Positions 46,146-57,020 of a DNA stretch of 64,000 bases are shown in pieces (position 1 is the stretch's first letter; every line of letters begins with the position of its first letter). The position numbers and the translations under genes are program-made. The notes beneath the pieces are model-generated. The model did no database searches and was not told the DNA's origin. It saw nothing but the letters and a program-made list of their open reading frames with translations. The stretch comes from Victivallales bacterium (GTDB lineage Bacteria; Verrucomicrobiota; Lentisphaeria; Victivallales; UBA1829). Location: positions 7,085-71,084 of the forward strand of contig JBGUKN010000078.1 of the NCBI GenBank assembly GCA_045114455.1, given 5' to 3'.

Positions 46146-46873
46146 GCGGTCTGCCCTGTGGATGCGAGGCGTCCGGCGAGGAACGACAGCGCGAATTCTA
46201 CGCGGAGGATGTGCGGGCCGAACGTGACGGGCGCATAGCCGTTGGTGCGGAACACGGCGACCTCATCGGGGGTGAAACCGCCCTCGGGCCCGATCGCGAG
46301 GACCACTTTGCCGGGGAGGGCGACGGGGCAGGGCGCGGCGTCGACGGGATGCCCGATGATCGCGGTCGCATCCCTCGTGAGCTCGGTGGAGAGTCCCGAG
46401 TTGAAGAACTCGCGGAGAGACCGTACGAATGTGAGCTCCGGCAGAATGGTCGTGCAGCCCTGTTCCAGCCCCTCGATCAGCACGGACCGGATCGCGTCCT
46501 GTGCCATGCACGAGCTGGTCCAGTAGCTTTTTTCGGTCTTCGCGGCATGGAAAAACACGGCGCGGCGAATGCCGGACGATGCGATGAAGTGAAGCGTCTT
46601 CTTGAAACTCTGCGGACGGGGCAGGGCGATGACGGGGAGAATGTTCGAAGGCGGGGGAGGCGGATTGGACGTGTCTTCCAGCCGGAGCCGGGCGGAATGC
46701 CGGGACGTTTCGAGGATGCGCGCCGTACCGATGCCACCGCCGAGGATCCCGGCGCGAATGGTGTCGCCGGGCTTCGCGTGAAGGATGCAGAAGATGTGTT
46801 CGGCGTGATCGTCGCCAACCGTGAATTCGCGTTCGGGCGACAGGTCGCGTTCCTCGACGATCAGCAGGTTCAT
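46142..46873 (-). CDS. rsmE: 16S rRNA m3U1498 methyltransferase
   Basis: EQGCTTILP, LAIGPEGGF, FGPHILRVE; start MNLLIV overlaps coaC stop. Confidence 0.88.
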   Translation of the reverse strand: MNLLIVEERDLSPEREFTVGDDHAEHIFCILHAKPGDTIRAGILGGGIGTARILETSRHSARLRLEDTSNPPPPPSNILPVIALPRPQSFKKTLHFIASSGIRRAVFFHAAKTEKSYWTSSCMAQDAIRSVLIEGLEQGCTTILPELTFVRSLREFFNSGLSTELTRDATAIIGHPVDAAPCPVALPGKVVLAIGPEGGFTPDEVAVFRTNGYAPVTFGPHILRVEFALSFLAGRLASTGQTA

Positions 46874-47409
46874 GCGGAGAACGCCCGGATCGCTTCGAGG
46901 ATGTCGGCGGGCTCGGCCATGCGTCCCTTGCCGGACGTGCCGCAGGCGAGGTGTCCGGTGTCGGGGCCGACGGTGCGGACGCCGAGCTTTTCCGCGAGCT
47001 TCGCGAGGTTGTCCTGCACGATCGGGCTGTTCCACATATGTTCGTTCATGGCGGGCGCGAGCAGAACGGGCCCGCGGAACGCCAACGCCGTGGTGGACAG
47101 CGCATCGTCTGCGATGCCGGACGCGTACTTGCCGATGAAGTTCGCGGTGGCGGGCGCGACGGCGAGGAGATCGGCCCATTCCGCCCAGTCGACATGTTCC
47201 GGGCGCGGCTGATACTCTTCGAACAGGTCGGTCAGCACGCGGTTTTTCGAGAGCGTGAGGAATATCTGCGAGGAGATGAGCCGGAGCGCGTTTGCAGTCA
47301 TGACGACGCGCACGTCGTATCCGGCGGAAACGAGTTTGGAGCAGAGGTCGGCGGATTTGTAGACGGCGATGCCGCCCGTGACGCCGAGGATGATGTTTTT
47401 TCCGTTCAT
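46870..47409 (-). CDS. coaC: stand-alone phosphopantothenoylcysteine decarboxylase (CoaC domain only)
   Basis: LGVTGGIAVYK, APATAN, GIADD, APAMNEHMW, LACG..GKGRM; ends where CoaB would begin. Confidence 0.9.
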   Translation of the reverse strand: MNGKNIILGVTGGIAVYKSADLCSKLVSAGYDVRVVMTANALRLISSQIFLTLSKNRVLTDLFEEYQPRPEHVDWAEWADLLAVAPATANFIGKYASGIADDALSTTALAFRGPVLLAPAMNEHMWNSPIVQDNLAKLAEKLGVRTVGPDTGHLACGTSGKGRMAEPADILEAIRAFSA

Positions 47410-47430
47410 GTACATACTCCGGGGTGGTGG

Positions 47431-48066
47431 TCAGATATTGGATGTGCGTTTCGGATCGTTGCGGAGACCGAGGATCAGGTCGGTGAATTCCCGTGCAGCC
47501 CGCGCGAGGTCGTCGTTCACGATGATATGGTCGTATTCATGCGCGTGCTCCATTTCGCCCTTTGCGTTGGCGAGACGGCGGAGGATGGACTCCTCGGTTT
47601 CCGTGCCGCGCGTGCGGAGACGCCGTTCGAGTTCCTCGAAAGATGGCGGCATGATGAAGATGAACTCGCATGCCTCGCAGAATTCGGGGGAGTCGGAACA
47701 GAGCGCGCGGAGCTGCGCGGCGCCCTGGACGTCGATATCGAGCAGGACGTCGATCCCGCGCCGGATGCGGTCGAGGAGTTCGGTCTTGAGCGTGCCGTAG
47801 CAGTTGCCGTGTACCTCGGCATGTTCCGCGAAGGCGTTTTCCGCGACGAGTGCATCGAACTTCTCCCGGGAGATGAAGTAATAGTCTTTTCCGTCGACCT
47901 CGCCGGGACGCGGCTGCCGCGTGGTGCAGGACACGGAGAATTCGATGCCGCCGAGGTCGCCGATGGCGGCTTTGTAAATGGAGGATTTTCCCGAGCCGCT
48001 GGGACCGGAGAGGATCAGGATCATGCCGGTGCGGCCCGGCTGTTCTGCTGCGGGTGCGGTGTTCAT
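47431..48066 (-). CDS. gmk: guanylate kinase
   Basis: LSGPSGSGKS, SVSCTTRQPRPGEVDGKDYYF, LDIDVQG. Confidence 0.97.
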   Translation of the reverse strand: MNTAPAAEQPGRTGMILILSGPSGSGKSSIYKAAIGDLGGIEFSVSCTTRQPRPGEVDGKDYYFISREKFDALVAENAFAEHAEVHGNCYGTLKTELLDRIRRGIDVLLDIDVQGAAQLRALCSDSPEFCEACEFIFIMPPSFEELERRLRTRGTETEESILRRLANAKGEMEHAHEYDHIIVNDDLARAAREFTDLILGLRNDPKRTSNI

Positions 48067-49199
48067 GAGCGTGCGCTGTGTTGGAAAAGCCTGGCGGCAT
48101 TGACCGCCGTGAAGTAAAGGTCGTCAGCGGCGGCCGCCATGGCTTCGTCGAGCGTGCGGCGTCCTGTGGACGAACTGAAAGCGAAATCGTAGGTCTTTGC
48201 GATCTCTTCCGGGGCGCCCTCAATCGCGCCGGAGAGCAGCAGAACGGGGACATTCTCGCGGTGTGCGGCCTGCGCGACCGCACAGCAGAGCTTGCCTTCC
48301 GCAGTCTGGGAGTCGGTCCGGCCTTCGCCCGTCACGACAAGGTCGGCGTCCGCGATCTGGCGCCGGAAGGAAATGGCGTCGAGGATGAGCTCCGCGCCGG
48401 ATTTCGGCTGTGCGCCGCAGAAGGCGCGGAGACCTGCGCCGAGCCCGCCCGCCGCGCCGTCGCCGGGCATTTCCTTCGGCAGGAGCATGGACTGGCGTTC
48501 CCAGACTGCAACGAGGTGGCGGAGATTGTGGTCGAGCTTCGCGACCATGTCGGGCGTGGCGCCCTTCTGCGGTCCGTAGACCTGCGCCGCGCCGAACGGG
48601 CCGGAAAGCGGGTTGCGGACGTCGCATGCGGTCGTGATGCGCGTTTCCTGAAGGCGCGGATCCGCTCCGGCGATGGCGATGCGCGACAGCATATGAAGCG
48701 AGCCGCCGCCCCGGGGGAGTTCGCGTCCGCGCGGGTCGAGCAGGCTGTAGCCGAGCGCCTGCGCCATGCCCGCGCCGCCGTCGACCGTGGCGGACCCGCC
48801 GAGTCCGATCAGAATATCGCGGACGCCGAGGTCCAGGATGGCGCGGATGACTTCGCCCGTGCCGTAAGTCGTGGCGGTCATCGGGTCGCGCTTGATCGGT
48901 TGGACCAGATAAAGTCCGCTGGCGGACGCCATTTCGAATACGGCGGTCAGGCCGTTGTTGATGAGGGCGAACTCGGCTTCGACGGAATTGCCGTCCGGGC
49001 CGGTAACCCTGACCGTGTGGATCTCCCCGTGCAGGGCGTCGGCCAGTGCGCGCGTCATGCCTTCGCCGCCGTCGGAAACCGGAACTGAAACGAGTTCGGC
49101 GTCCGGGAAGACGGTGCGGAAAGCCTTCTGCATGACACGGCAGACCGTGGAGCTTTTCATGCACATCTTGAATTTGTCGGGCGCGAACACGATTTTCAT
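48063..49199 (-). CDS. glxK: glycerate kinase
   Basis: APDKFK, DGGEG, GLGGSATVDGG, GAAGGLG, TGEGRTD..GK. Confidence 0.95.
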   Translation of the reverse strand: MKIVFAPDKFKMCMKSSTVCRVMQKAFRTVFPDAELVSVPVSDGGEGMTRALADALHGEIHTVRVTGPDGNSVEAEFALINNGLTAVFEMASASGLYLVQPIKRDPMTATTYGTGEVIRAILDLGVRDILIGLGGSATVDGGAGMAQALGYSLLDPRGRELPRGGGSLHMLSRIAIAGADPRLQETRITTACDVRNPLSGPFGAAQVYGPQKGATPDMVAKLDHNLRHLVAVWERQSMLLPKEMPGDGAAGGLGAGLRAFCGAQPKSGAELILDAISFRRQIADADLVVTGEGRTDSQTAEGKLCCAVAQAAHRENVPVLLLSGAIEGAPEEIAKTYDFAFSSSTGRRTLDEAMAAAADDLYFTAVNAARLFQHSARS

Positions 49200-49201
49200 G
49201 G

Positions 49202-50410
49202 TCAGAGCTCCTTTTTCAGAATTCCCGAGATGATCTTCGCGGCGGATTCCGCGGGGACCGGACGCGGCGCGGAAGCGAGCTTCATCGGATTCTTGACCGC
49301 GTCGGCCGCGATCTTGTCGACCATGGCGGCGTTGAAGCAGGAAAGCGCGGAGAGTTTCGGGACGCCGGCATATTGCGCGATGAAAGCCGCAGCGGCATTC
49401 ACGACGTCGTCCGGGGTCTTCTGCGGCGCCTCCGACGGGAAGACGCCGGCGAGCAGCATGGTGCGTTCCGCGACGGCCTTTTCCGCGAGGTAATAACGCC
49501 AGAATGGCGGAAGGAGCATGGCTGCGGCGATCCCGTGCGGGACTTTGCCGTAGAACGAGAAACTGCCGAGGTGCGGAAGCGAGGTCGGACGGTCGGCGAT
49601 CTGCATGCCGCCGATGGTCGCTGCGGCGCAGAGGCGTTCGCGGACGTTCACGTCATTCGGATCGCGGAATACGAGCGGCAGATTCCCGACGATGAGGCGG
49701 ACTGCGCACACGGCGTTTTGGTTCGTGGCGAACTTCGTTTCCGGCGCGCCCGTGTTCAGCATGGATTCGATGTTGTGCGTGAGGGCGTCAAGCGCGGTTG
49801 CGGCGGTGAGGCTGTCCGGCATGGAGCGTCCGTAATACGGATCGATGAGCGCCATGCGCGGAACGATCTGTTTGTCGGCGATAAGCCGTTTGACGCCTGC
49901 GGCGCGGTCAACGATGTTCGAATACGGCGTGACCTCGGAACCGGTGCCCGCGGTGGTCGGAACCGCGATGATGCGTTTGAACTCTTTCCCGGGGAACTTC
50001 TCCGAAATCCTGCCGGACCCGAAGAGTTCGGAGACGTCGAGCCCGGTCTGATGCGCGATCCAGGCGGCTTTCGCGGCGTCGATGACGCTGCCGCCGCCGA
50101 TGGCGACGACTTCCGACGAACCGCTCTGTTCGATGGCCTCGCGGATGCGGGCGACGTCGTCCAGGTCGGGTTCGGCGGGGATGTCGCACACGATGCGGGA
50201 CTCGAATTCATAATGGAGCACCATGTTCGTCATGTCGGCCCGCGCGCCGGATTTCGTGATGGACTTGTTTCCGATCACGAACGTGACGACGGGTTTTTCA
50301 TCGGAGAGCAGGAACTCCGCGGAAAGGTCGGTGAGAACGCCCGGCCCGAGGTCGATGCAGACCGGCTCGTACTGTTCGAACAGTTCAATGTAATCTTGTT
50401 CGCTGGTCAT
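49202..50410 (-). CDS. iron-containing alcohol dehydrogenase
   Basis: GGGSVIDAAK, PTTAGTGSE, DALTH, PH..PHG metal ligands. Confidence 0.88.
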   Translation of the reverse strand: MTSEQDYIELFEQYEPVCIDLGPGVLTDLSAEFLLSDEKPVVTFVIGNKSITKSGARADMTNMVLHYEFESRIVCDIPAEPDLDDVARIREAIEQSGSSEVVAIGGGSVIDAAKAAWIAHQTGLDVSELFGSGRISEKFPGKEFKRIIAVPTTAGTGSEVTPYSNIVDRAAGVKRLIADKQIVPRMALIDPYYGRSMPDSLTAATALDALTHNIESMLNTGAPETKFATNQNAVCAVRLIVGNLPLVFRDPNDVNVRERLCAAATIGGMQIADRPTSLPHLGSFSFYGKVPHGIAAAMLLPPFWRYYLAEKAVAERTMLLAGVFPSEAPQKTPDDVVNAAAAFIAQYAGVPKLSALSCFNAAMVDKIAADAVKNPMKLASAPRPVPAESAAKIISGILKKEL

Positions 50411-50417
50411 GGGATGT

Positions 50418-52976
50418 TCACTTTGCTACGATGTTGACGAGGCGGCCAGGGACGGCGATGACCTTCACGACGGTCTTCCCCGCAAGCGCGGCGGAAACGG
50501 CGGAATCCTCCAGAGCCTTCTTCTGCATTTCCTCGGCGGAGAGGGAGGCGGGCATCATGATGCGCGCCTTCGGCTTGCCGCAGACCTGCACGAGGATCTC
50601 GTGTTCCTCGACCTGCAAATGGGCTTCGTCGACGGACGGCCACTGTGCCAGGGAGACGGGCGCCTGTTTTCCGAGCCCTTCCCACATTTCCTCCGCGATG
50701 TGCGGGGCGTAGGGGGCGAGCAGCAGGACGTATGTTTCGGCGGCTTCGCGCGGCATCTTTTCGAGCTTGGAGAAGTCGTTGAGGAAGATCATCATCTGGC
50801 TGATGGCGGTATTGAAGTTGAGCGTGTCCGTGTCTTCCGTGACTTTCTTGATCGTGGCGTGGAGCAGGCGGCGGAGATTGGCGGGAACGGGCTCGTCCAC
50901 GACCGGCGTCTGCATGATCATGCGCCAGGATCGTTTGAGGAACCGGAAGACGCCTTCGACGCCGCGGGTGTTCCACGGCTTGACGGCCTCCAGCGGCCCC
51001 ATGAACATTTCATAGAGGCGCATGCTGTCGGCGCCGTATTCGCGGATCACGTCGTCGGGGTTGACGACGTTGCGGAGCGATTTGGACATCTTTGCGGGGA
51101 ATTCGACGAGCTTCTCGCCGGTCTCCTTGTGCTTCGGTTCGGGTCCTGTGAGGTCGACGAGGTTGGTCGGGACCAGCGCGCCGCGGGCGTCCTTGTAGGA
51201 CGTGCCGAGGATCATGCCCTGGTTGACGAGCTTCTGGAACGGTTCCTTCGTGGAGACGAGCCCCAGATCGAAGAGGACCTTGTGCCAGAACCGGGCGTAA
51301 AGCAGATGCAGCACGGCATGTTCCGCACCGCCGACATACAGGTCGACCGGCATCCAGTATTTTTCCTTCGCCGGGTCGATGAACGCCTGGTCGTTGTGCG
51401 GGTCGATGTAGCGGAGGTAGTACCAGCAGGAACCGGCCCACTGCGGCATGGTGTTGGTCTCGCGGCGGCCGTGTTCGCCGGTCTTCGGATCGACGTAGTC
51501 CACCCAGTCCTTCGCGTTCGCGAGCGGGGATTCGCCGTTTCCGGAGGGCTTGAAGTCCTTCATTTCGGGGAGGGTGAGCGGGAGTTCGTCTTCCGGGACC
51601 ATGCGGATCTCGCCGCTGTCCATGATGATGATCGGGAAGGGCTCGCCCCAGTAACGCTGGCGGCTGAAGAGCCAGTCGCGGAGCTTGTAGTTCACGGTGC
51701 GCTTGCCGATGCCCTTCGATTCCAGCCAGTCGATGATGCGCTTCTTTGCGGCGTCCACATGCAGGCCGTTCAGATCGAGGCCGTCGGCGTTCGCGGAATT
51801 CATGAGCGGACCGTCGCCGATCCAGCAGACTTTGCCCGCGAGCACGCCGTCGATGTCGACCTTGTCCTTCGCGGCGGCGGCCTCGTCGGGACGGATCACG
51901 CAGATAACCGGGATATTGAACTTCTGCGCGAACGCGAAGTCGCGGTCGTCGTGCGCGGGGACCGCCATGATCGCACCCGTGCCGTAGGAAGCCAGCACAT
52001 AGTCGGAGATCCAGATCGGGATGCGCGCGCCGTTCACCGGGTCGATGGCGTATGCGCCGGTGAACGCGCCGGTCTTCTCGTTGTTGAGCCCGGTGCGCTC
52101 GAGGTCGCTCATGGATGCCGTGCGCTTCTTGTAGGCGGCGACTTCCTCGGCGTGCTCCGGCGTGGTGATCTCGTCGACGAGCTCGTGCTCGGGGCAGAGG
52201 ACCATGTAGGTCGCACCGAAGAGCGTGTCCGGGCGCGTGGTGAACACGGTCAGGGACTTGCCGGGATGTCCGTCGAGCTGGAACACGACCTCGGCGCCTT
52301 CGCTGCGGCCGATCCAGTTCCGCTGCATTTCCTTGATGCCCTCCGGCCAGTCGAGGCCGTCGAGGTCGGCGAGGAGGCGTTCGGCATAGGCGGTGATCTT
52401 CAGGACCCACTGCTTCATGGGGCGGCGGATGACCGGATGGTTGCCGCGTTCGCTTCGGCCGTCGATGACCTCTTCGTTCGCAAGCACGGTCCCGAGCGCG
52501 GGACACCAGTTCACGGGCACTTCGTCGATGTAGGCGAGTCCCTTCTTGTAGAGCTGAAGGAAGATCCACTGGGTCCAGCGGAAGTATTTCGGATCGGTGG
52601 TGTTGATCTCGCGACTCCAGTCATAGCTGAAACCGAGCGATTTGATCTGGCGTTTGAAGTTCGCGACGTTCTTCGCGGTCGTCACGGACGGATGCGTGCC
52701 GGTCTCGATGGCGAACTGTTCGGCGGGGAGTCCGAACGCGTCCCAGCCCATCGGGTGCAGGACGTTGAAGCCGTTCATGCGTTTGAAGCGCGAATAGATG
52801 TCCGTGGCGGTGTATCCTTCCGGGTGACCGACGTGAAGTCCGGCGCCGCTGGGATAGGGGAACATGTCTAGGACATAGAGTTTCTTTTTCGAGGGGTCTT
52901 CTTTCGCCTGGAACGTCTGATGTTCGTCCCAGTATTTCTGCCATTTCGATTCGATGGCGGTAAAATCGTAGTCCAT
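50418..52976 (-). CDS. leuS: leucine--tRNA ligase
   Basis: MFPYPSG.GLHVGH (HIGH), [19 protein letters not shown]; start trimmed to MDYDF. Confidence 0.98.
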   Translation of the reverse strand: MDYDFTAIESKWQKYWDEHQTFQAKEDPSKKKLYVLDMFPYPSGAGLHVGHPEGYTATDIYSRFKRMNGFNVLHPMGWDAFGLPAEQFAIETGTHPSVTTAKNVANFKRQIKSLGFSYDWSREINTTDPKYFRWTQWIFLQLYKKGLAYIDEVPVNWCPALGTVLANEEVIDGRSERGNHPVIRRPMKQWVLKITAYAERLLADLDGLDWPEGIKEMQRNWIGRSEGAEVVFQLDGHPGKSLTVFTTRPDTLFGATYMVLCPEHELVDEITTPEHAEEVAAYKKRTASMSDLERTGLNNEKTGAFTGAYAIDPVNGARIPIWISDYVLASYGTGAIMAVPAHDDRDFAFAQKFNIPVICVIRPDEAAAAKDKVDIDGVLAGKVCWIGDGPLMNSANADGLDLNGLHVDAAKKRIIDWLESKGIGKRTVNYKLRDWLFSRQRYWGEPFPIIIMDSGEIRMVPEDELPLTLPEMKDFKPSGNGESPLANAKDWVDYVDPKTGEHGRRETNTMPQWAGSCWYYLRYIDPHNDQAFIDPAKEKYWMPVDLYVGGAEHAVLHLLYARFWHKVLFDLGLVSTKEPFQKLVNQGMILGTSYKDARGALVPTNLVDLTGPEPKHKETGEKLVEFPAKMSKSLRNVVNPDDVIREYGADSMRLYEMFMGPLEAVKPWNTRGVEGVFRFLKRSWRMIMQTPVVDEPVPANLRRLLHATIKKVTEDTDTLNFNTAISQMMIFLNDFSKLEKMPREAAETYVLLLAPYAPHIAEEMWEGLGKQAPVSLAQWPSVDEAHLQVEEHEILVQVCGKPKARIMMPASLSAEEMQKKALEDSAVSAALAGKTVVKVIAVPGRLVNIVAK

Positions 52977-53027
52977 GATTCGGGGATTCTCCGTTTCTGT
53001 GTGATTCTTGGTAAAAAAGTCCATCTA

Positions 53028-53056
53028 AATATAAAGCACATGCGCGCGTTTTGCAA
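53028..53056 (-). promoter_or_regulatory. sigma70-type promoter of leuS operon
   Basis: Minus strand TTGCAA-N17-TATATT. Confidence 0.6.
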
Positions 53057-53164
53057 GCGGGCGAGGCTTTTTTTCCGCAAAAAGGAGGGCAGGCCCGACG
53101 AAAACGGACCGCCCTCAAAGCGGCGACACGCGTACATGCCGCCGGAAGGTGTGACGTGGAAAGG

Positions 53165-55267
53165 TTACTTCGCGAGTTTGAGCGTAAGGACTTTCGATGC
53201 CAGCGTACGGCTGTCGTGCCCGAAGAAGATCTCGACGTCGTCCTTCGGCATGAACCAGCGTCCCTGCGCGTCGACGAGCTGGAACGCCTCGGCGGGAATC
53301 TCGAACGACACGCGGGCGGTCCCGCCTTTTTCGAGATGGATCCGTTTGAACCCCTTCAATTCGACAAGCGGGGCTTCCACGCCGGGGTCCGTGTGGCTGA
53401 TGTACAGCTGGACCACCTCGTCGCCCGCGCAGTCGCCGACGTTCGTGACTGTCGCGGAAACGGTCGCGCGCCTCTTCTTCGCCAGGGAATCGACGACGCG
53501 GGCGTTGGAATACGCGAACTCGGTGTAGCTGAGTCCGAACCCGAACGGGAAAAGGATGTTGTCCTTCATGTAGCGGTAGGTGCGGTTCGCCATGCTGTAG
53601 TCGTGGTAATCCGGGAGTTTTTTCGGGTTCTTCGGGATGGTGAACGGGAGACGGCCCGAGGGGCAGGTTTTTCCGAAGAGGACTTCGGCTATGGCCGTTC
53701 CGCCCGCCTCGCCGGGATAGGAGGCGTACACGATTGCCGCAGCCTTCTTCAAGTCTTCGCGGAGGTCGATGGGAGAGCCGGCCATAACGACGAGGACGAC
53801 TTGGAAGCCTTCCTTGTAAAGGTAGTCGAGCATGGACCGCTGGGAGGCGGGCAGGGCGATGGAGTTGCGTTCGGTGCTGTCGCTTTCCTCGCCCTCGATG
53901 GACTCGTCGAGCCCGACGACCGCGATGACCGGATATTTTTTGTCGTAGAGCCAGCTCCGGGTGGAGAGGTCGACTGCGGGCCCGTTCAGGGGCACGCTGT
54001 TGCGCGGCTCGAAGCTGGTGGCGGGATCGGCGTTGGCGGCGATGCCTTCCAGGACGGTGGTCATATGGTCGGAAAAGCCGTTGTAGTTGCCCCAGAGCGC
54101 GGGCAGGCTGGTCAGATTAGGACCGGTGAGATTGAGTTTCGCCGTGGACTTGAGCGGGAGGATGCCGTCGTTTTTGAGGAGGACGACGGACTTCCGCGCG
54201 GCCTCGAGCGCAATGGCGCGGTGTTCGGCGCAGTGGACCTTCGAGATCGGCATCTTCGCCAGCGGCACAAGCTCGTCGCGGTCGAAACAGCCGAGTTTCA
54301 TGCGGGTCATCAGCACATGGCGCAGGGCATCGTCGAGGTCGGATTCCCGGATCATTTTCTTCTCGTATGCGTCGAGGAGCTTTTCGTAGGAGCAGCCGCA
54401 GTTGAGATTGCAGCCGTTCTTCAGCGCGTAGGCGGCGGAGGCGGTCTGGTCGGACGTGACCTTGTGGTGCTGGTGGAAGTCCATGATGGCCCAGCAGTCG
54501 GAGACGAAATGTCCCCGGAAGCCCCATTTCTTGCGGAGGAGTTCCTTGATGTACTTCGCGCTGCCGCAGCAAACCTGTCCGTTGGTGCGGTTATATGCGC
54601 CCATGACGGATTCGACTTTCGCCTCGGTCACGAGCTTTTTGAACGCGGGCAGATAGGTCTGCGCGGCGTCGCGCTTGCTGATCTTCGCATCGAATTGATG
54701 GCGTTCGGATTCGGGTCCGCTGTGCCCCCAGAAATGTTTCGCGCAGGCTGCCAGCTTGAGGTATTTCGGATCGTCGCCCTGAAGTGCGCGGACGAACACG
54801 GCGCCCATTTCCCCGGTCAGATACGGGTCCTCGCCGAAGGTTTCCTGCCCGCGTCCCCAGCGCGGATCGCGGAAGATGTTGATGTTCGGACTCCAGAAAG
54901 TCAGCCCGCGGTAGATCGGGGTGCTGCCGTCGCCGGAGAACCTGCGCGAAGCGGCATTTTTCGCGCGCGCCTCGACGGCGATCGCGCACCCCATGCGGTA
55001 CTCCAGGTCGGTATCGAACGTGGCGGCCATGCCGATGGCCTGCGGAAACACCGTCGCCATGCCGGCTCGGGCGACGCCGTGCAGACATTCGCTCCAGTAG
55101 TTATAGGCGGGAATGCCGAGGCGTTCGACTGCCGGGGCGTCGTGAAGCAGCTGGCTGACCTTTTCCTTTACGGTCATGGCCCTGATGATCGCTTCCACGC
55201 GCTCCTCGAACGGGAGGCTGTCGTCGTACCACACGAATTTACTGCGTTTCGCCTGAAGTTTGTTCAT
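53165..55267 (-). CDS. GH3 beta-xylosidase/glucosidase with Fn3-like C-terminus, no signal peptide
   Basis: WSECLHG, WGRGQET.GEDP, CAKHF, FVSDCWAI (nucleophile Asp), YPFGFGLSY-type motif, EVVQLY; start trimmed to MNKLQ. Confidence 0.95.
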   Translation of the reverse strand: MNKLQAKRSKFVWYDDSLPFEERVEAIIRAMTVKEKVSQLLHDAPAVERLGIPAYNYWSECLHGVARAGMATVFPQAIGMAATFDTDLEYRMGCAIAVEARAKNAASRRFSGDGSTPIYRGLTFWSPNINIFRDPRWGRGQETFGEDPYLTGEMGAVFVRALQGDDPKYLKLAACAKHFWGHSGPESERHQFDAKISKRDAAQTYLPAFKKLVTEAKVESVMGAYNRTNGQVCCGSAKYIKELLRKKWGFRGHFVSDCWAIMDFHQHHKVTSDQTASAAYALKNGCNLNCGCSYEKLLDAYEKKMIRESDLDDALRHVLMTRMKLGCFDRDELVPLAKMPISKVHCAEHRAIALEAARKSVVLLKNDGILPLKSTAKLNLTGPNLTSLPALWGNYNGFSDHMTTVLEGIAANADPATSFEPRNSVPLNGPAVDLSTRSWLYDKKYPVIAVVGLDESIEGEESDSTERNSIALPASQRSMLDYLYKEGFQVVLVVMAGSPIDLREDLKKAAAIVYASYPGEAGGTAIAEVLFGKTCPSGRLPFTIPKNPKKLPDYHDYSMANRTYRYMKDNILFPFGFGLSYTEFAYSNARVVDSLAKKRRATVSATVTNVGDCAGDEVVQLYISHTDPGVEAPLVELKGFKRIHLEKGGTARVSFEIPAEAFQLVDAQGRWFMPKDDVEIFFGHDSRTLASKVLTLKLAK

Positions 55268-55470
55268 GGTCTTTCTCCTGATGGGCGAGTTCCGAACGAA
55301 ACATGCTGATGTTCCGTCTTTGTTGCATGGGGATAATCCGGAAAGGAAATCAAAATAATATATGCTGTGCTCCGCCGGTTGCAACCCGTTTTCTCAAAAA
55401 AGACGCAGGATTTTTTACTGAAAAACTTTTCTGATCGCATGACACGATTTCGCGGTTGTCAGAAGAATAC

Positions 55471-55502
55471 AAAAAGGCCGGCGGATGTGCGATCCGCCAG
55501 CC
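55471..55502 (-). terminator. intrinsic terminator after DUF3047 gene
   Basis: Minus strand GGCTGGCGGAT/ATCCGCCGGCC stem then TTTTT. Confidence 0.75.
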
Positions 55503-55539
55503 TGAAAAGTTATAATCCCGAGGGAAGAACGAACAGAAG

Positions 55540-56295
55540 TTACTTGTCTTTCTTCTCGTCTTTCTTCTCGTCCTTCTTCGCATCGCCGGACTTCTTTTCG
55601 GCGAACTCGACGTAGTCCAGATAAACGTCGGCTTTCGACGCAGTGTACTGGCTGTTCGAGGAAATGCTGAGAGCCCAGCCGGACGGGATCTTCTTGAAGA
55701 TCTTCTTCATGTCGTCGCGGACGTTGACTTCCTCCTCGAACCATGTGTCCATCTTGTCGTTCTTGTCGCGCAGGGTGAACCAGTCGACATCAACGACCCA
55801 GTTGTAGGTGGAACTGCCGGATTTCCCCTTTGGGGTCTCGGTCTGCCAGTTGTAGGAGATGCTGCTCTGCGTGAGCTTGCCGTATCCGACGTAGACGGCG
55901 ATGCCCTGGTCGTCCTTGGACTTGACCGTGGCGTCCGCGCCGGTGGGAAGCGTGACTGCTTTCCAGCGCCAGCGCATGATCGGGTATTTCTCCAGATCGA
56001 CGTCGGAGCAGTCGACCATGATGACGCCGGACGCCTTGTCGGAGGTGATGTGCAGGACCTTGTGTTTCAGCTCCTTGTCCTCGACGATCTCATACTTCAC
56101 GTCGGGGGTGCCGGGTTTGCCGCGGTAGCTCCAGCCGTCCGGGATCTTGTCGCTGTCGAGTTTCGAATTCTGGAAATCCCAGTGGCGTACGGGCTCTTTG
56201 TCCTTTGCGTCCAGTCCTGAGGAGAGGAACACACAGGGGGCGAGCAGGGCAGCGAGCAGGGCGGGGGATTTCATCAGGCGGAAACGTTTGTTCAT
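55540..56295 (-). CDS. DUF3047-family exported protein
   Basis: Signal peptide; YPIMRWRWK, DDQGIAVYV, EEEVNVRDD pattern; start overlaps SLT stop (ATGA). Confidence 0.75.
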   Translation of the reverse strand: MNKRFRLMKSPALLAALLAPCVFLSSGLDAKDKEPVRHWDFQNSKLDSDKIPDGWSYRGKPGTPDVKYEIVEDKELKHKVLHITSDKASGVIMVDCSDVDLEKYPIMRWRWKAVTLPTGADATVKSKDDQGIAVYVGYGKLTQSSISYNWQTETPKGKSGSSTYNWVVDVDWFTLRDKNDKMDTWFEEEVNVRDDMKKIFKKIPSGWALSISSNSQYTASKADVYLDYVEFAEKKSGDAKKDEKKDEKKDK

Positions 56296-56975
56296 TTGAG
56301 TTTCTCCCATTTCCAGTCATGTTCATATTGTTCGCGCCGTTCGAGGATATCCCGGACGTATTTGCGCGTGGATTCGATGTCGATGTTCGGCAGGACCTTG
56401 CCGTCGTGCAGAAGCGGCTTCCACGATTCGGCGCGCTGGATGCCTGCATTGTATTCGCAGAGCGCGAGCGCTTCCGCCTCGTTGTAGTCTTTCCATCTGT
56501 CCAGCGCACGGCCGAGGAACCATGAACCGATCTCGATGTTCAGTTCGGGATCCATCAGCGCACCGTCGGACGGCACATGGCGGTGAAACGTGTTCTCCCA
56601 GTCCTTCACGGCGGACTGCGGCATGACCTGCATCAGCCCGATCTCACCCTTGCTGCCGCGGGCCGAGGCGTCGAACCTGCTTTCCTTCCAGATGACTGCC
56701 TTCAGAAGAGGCGGATACACGCCGTTTCGGCGTCCGGCGTTCACGATCAGCTTGTCGTAGCGGGTGGCCCGGTCCGAGTAGTTGAGCAGGAAAGAGCCTG
56801 CCTTCCAGACGCCGATGCCCATCAGGATGCCGATCAGGGCAAACAGCAGGAGCAGGAAGACCGCCTGCGTCCGGTGGACGGAAATCTGCAGCGTGCTGCG
56901 CTGCGGATTCGTCTTTTTGGACTTTTGTCCGGCGGTTTTCCGCTTGATGGTCTGTTTCGTCCTTTTGGCTGGCAT
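56292..56975 (-). CDS. lytic transglycosylase (SLT domain, GH23) with N-terminal TM anchor
   Basis: AVIWKESRF, GLMQVMP, YNAG motifs. Confidence 0.92.
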   Translation of the reverse strand: MPAKRTKQTIKRKTAGQKSKKTNPQRSTLQISVHRTQAVFLLLLFALIGILMGIGVWKAGSFLLNYSDRATRYDKLIVNAGRRNGVYPPLLKAVIWKESRFDASARGSKGEIGLMQVMPQSAVKDWENTFHRHVPSDGALMDPELNIEIGSWFLGRALDRWKDYNEAEALALCEYNAGIQRAESWKPLLHDGKVLPNIDIESTRKYVRDILERREQYEHDWKWEKLK

Positions 56976-57020
56976 GCCGGTCCTCCGTTGTTGCGGCAGG
57001 GCAGGCGGCCCGGGGCGGGT

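Noticed and set aside
52977-53164. T-box or attenuator upstream of leuS (and of aspS)
   Set aside because: Leaders are too short and lack the T-box consensus; simple promoters explain them.
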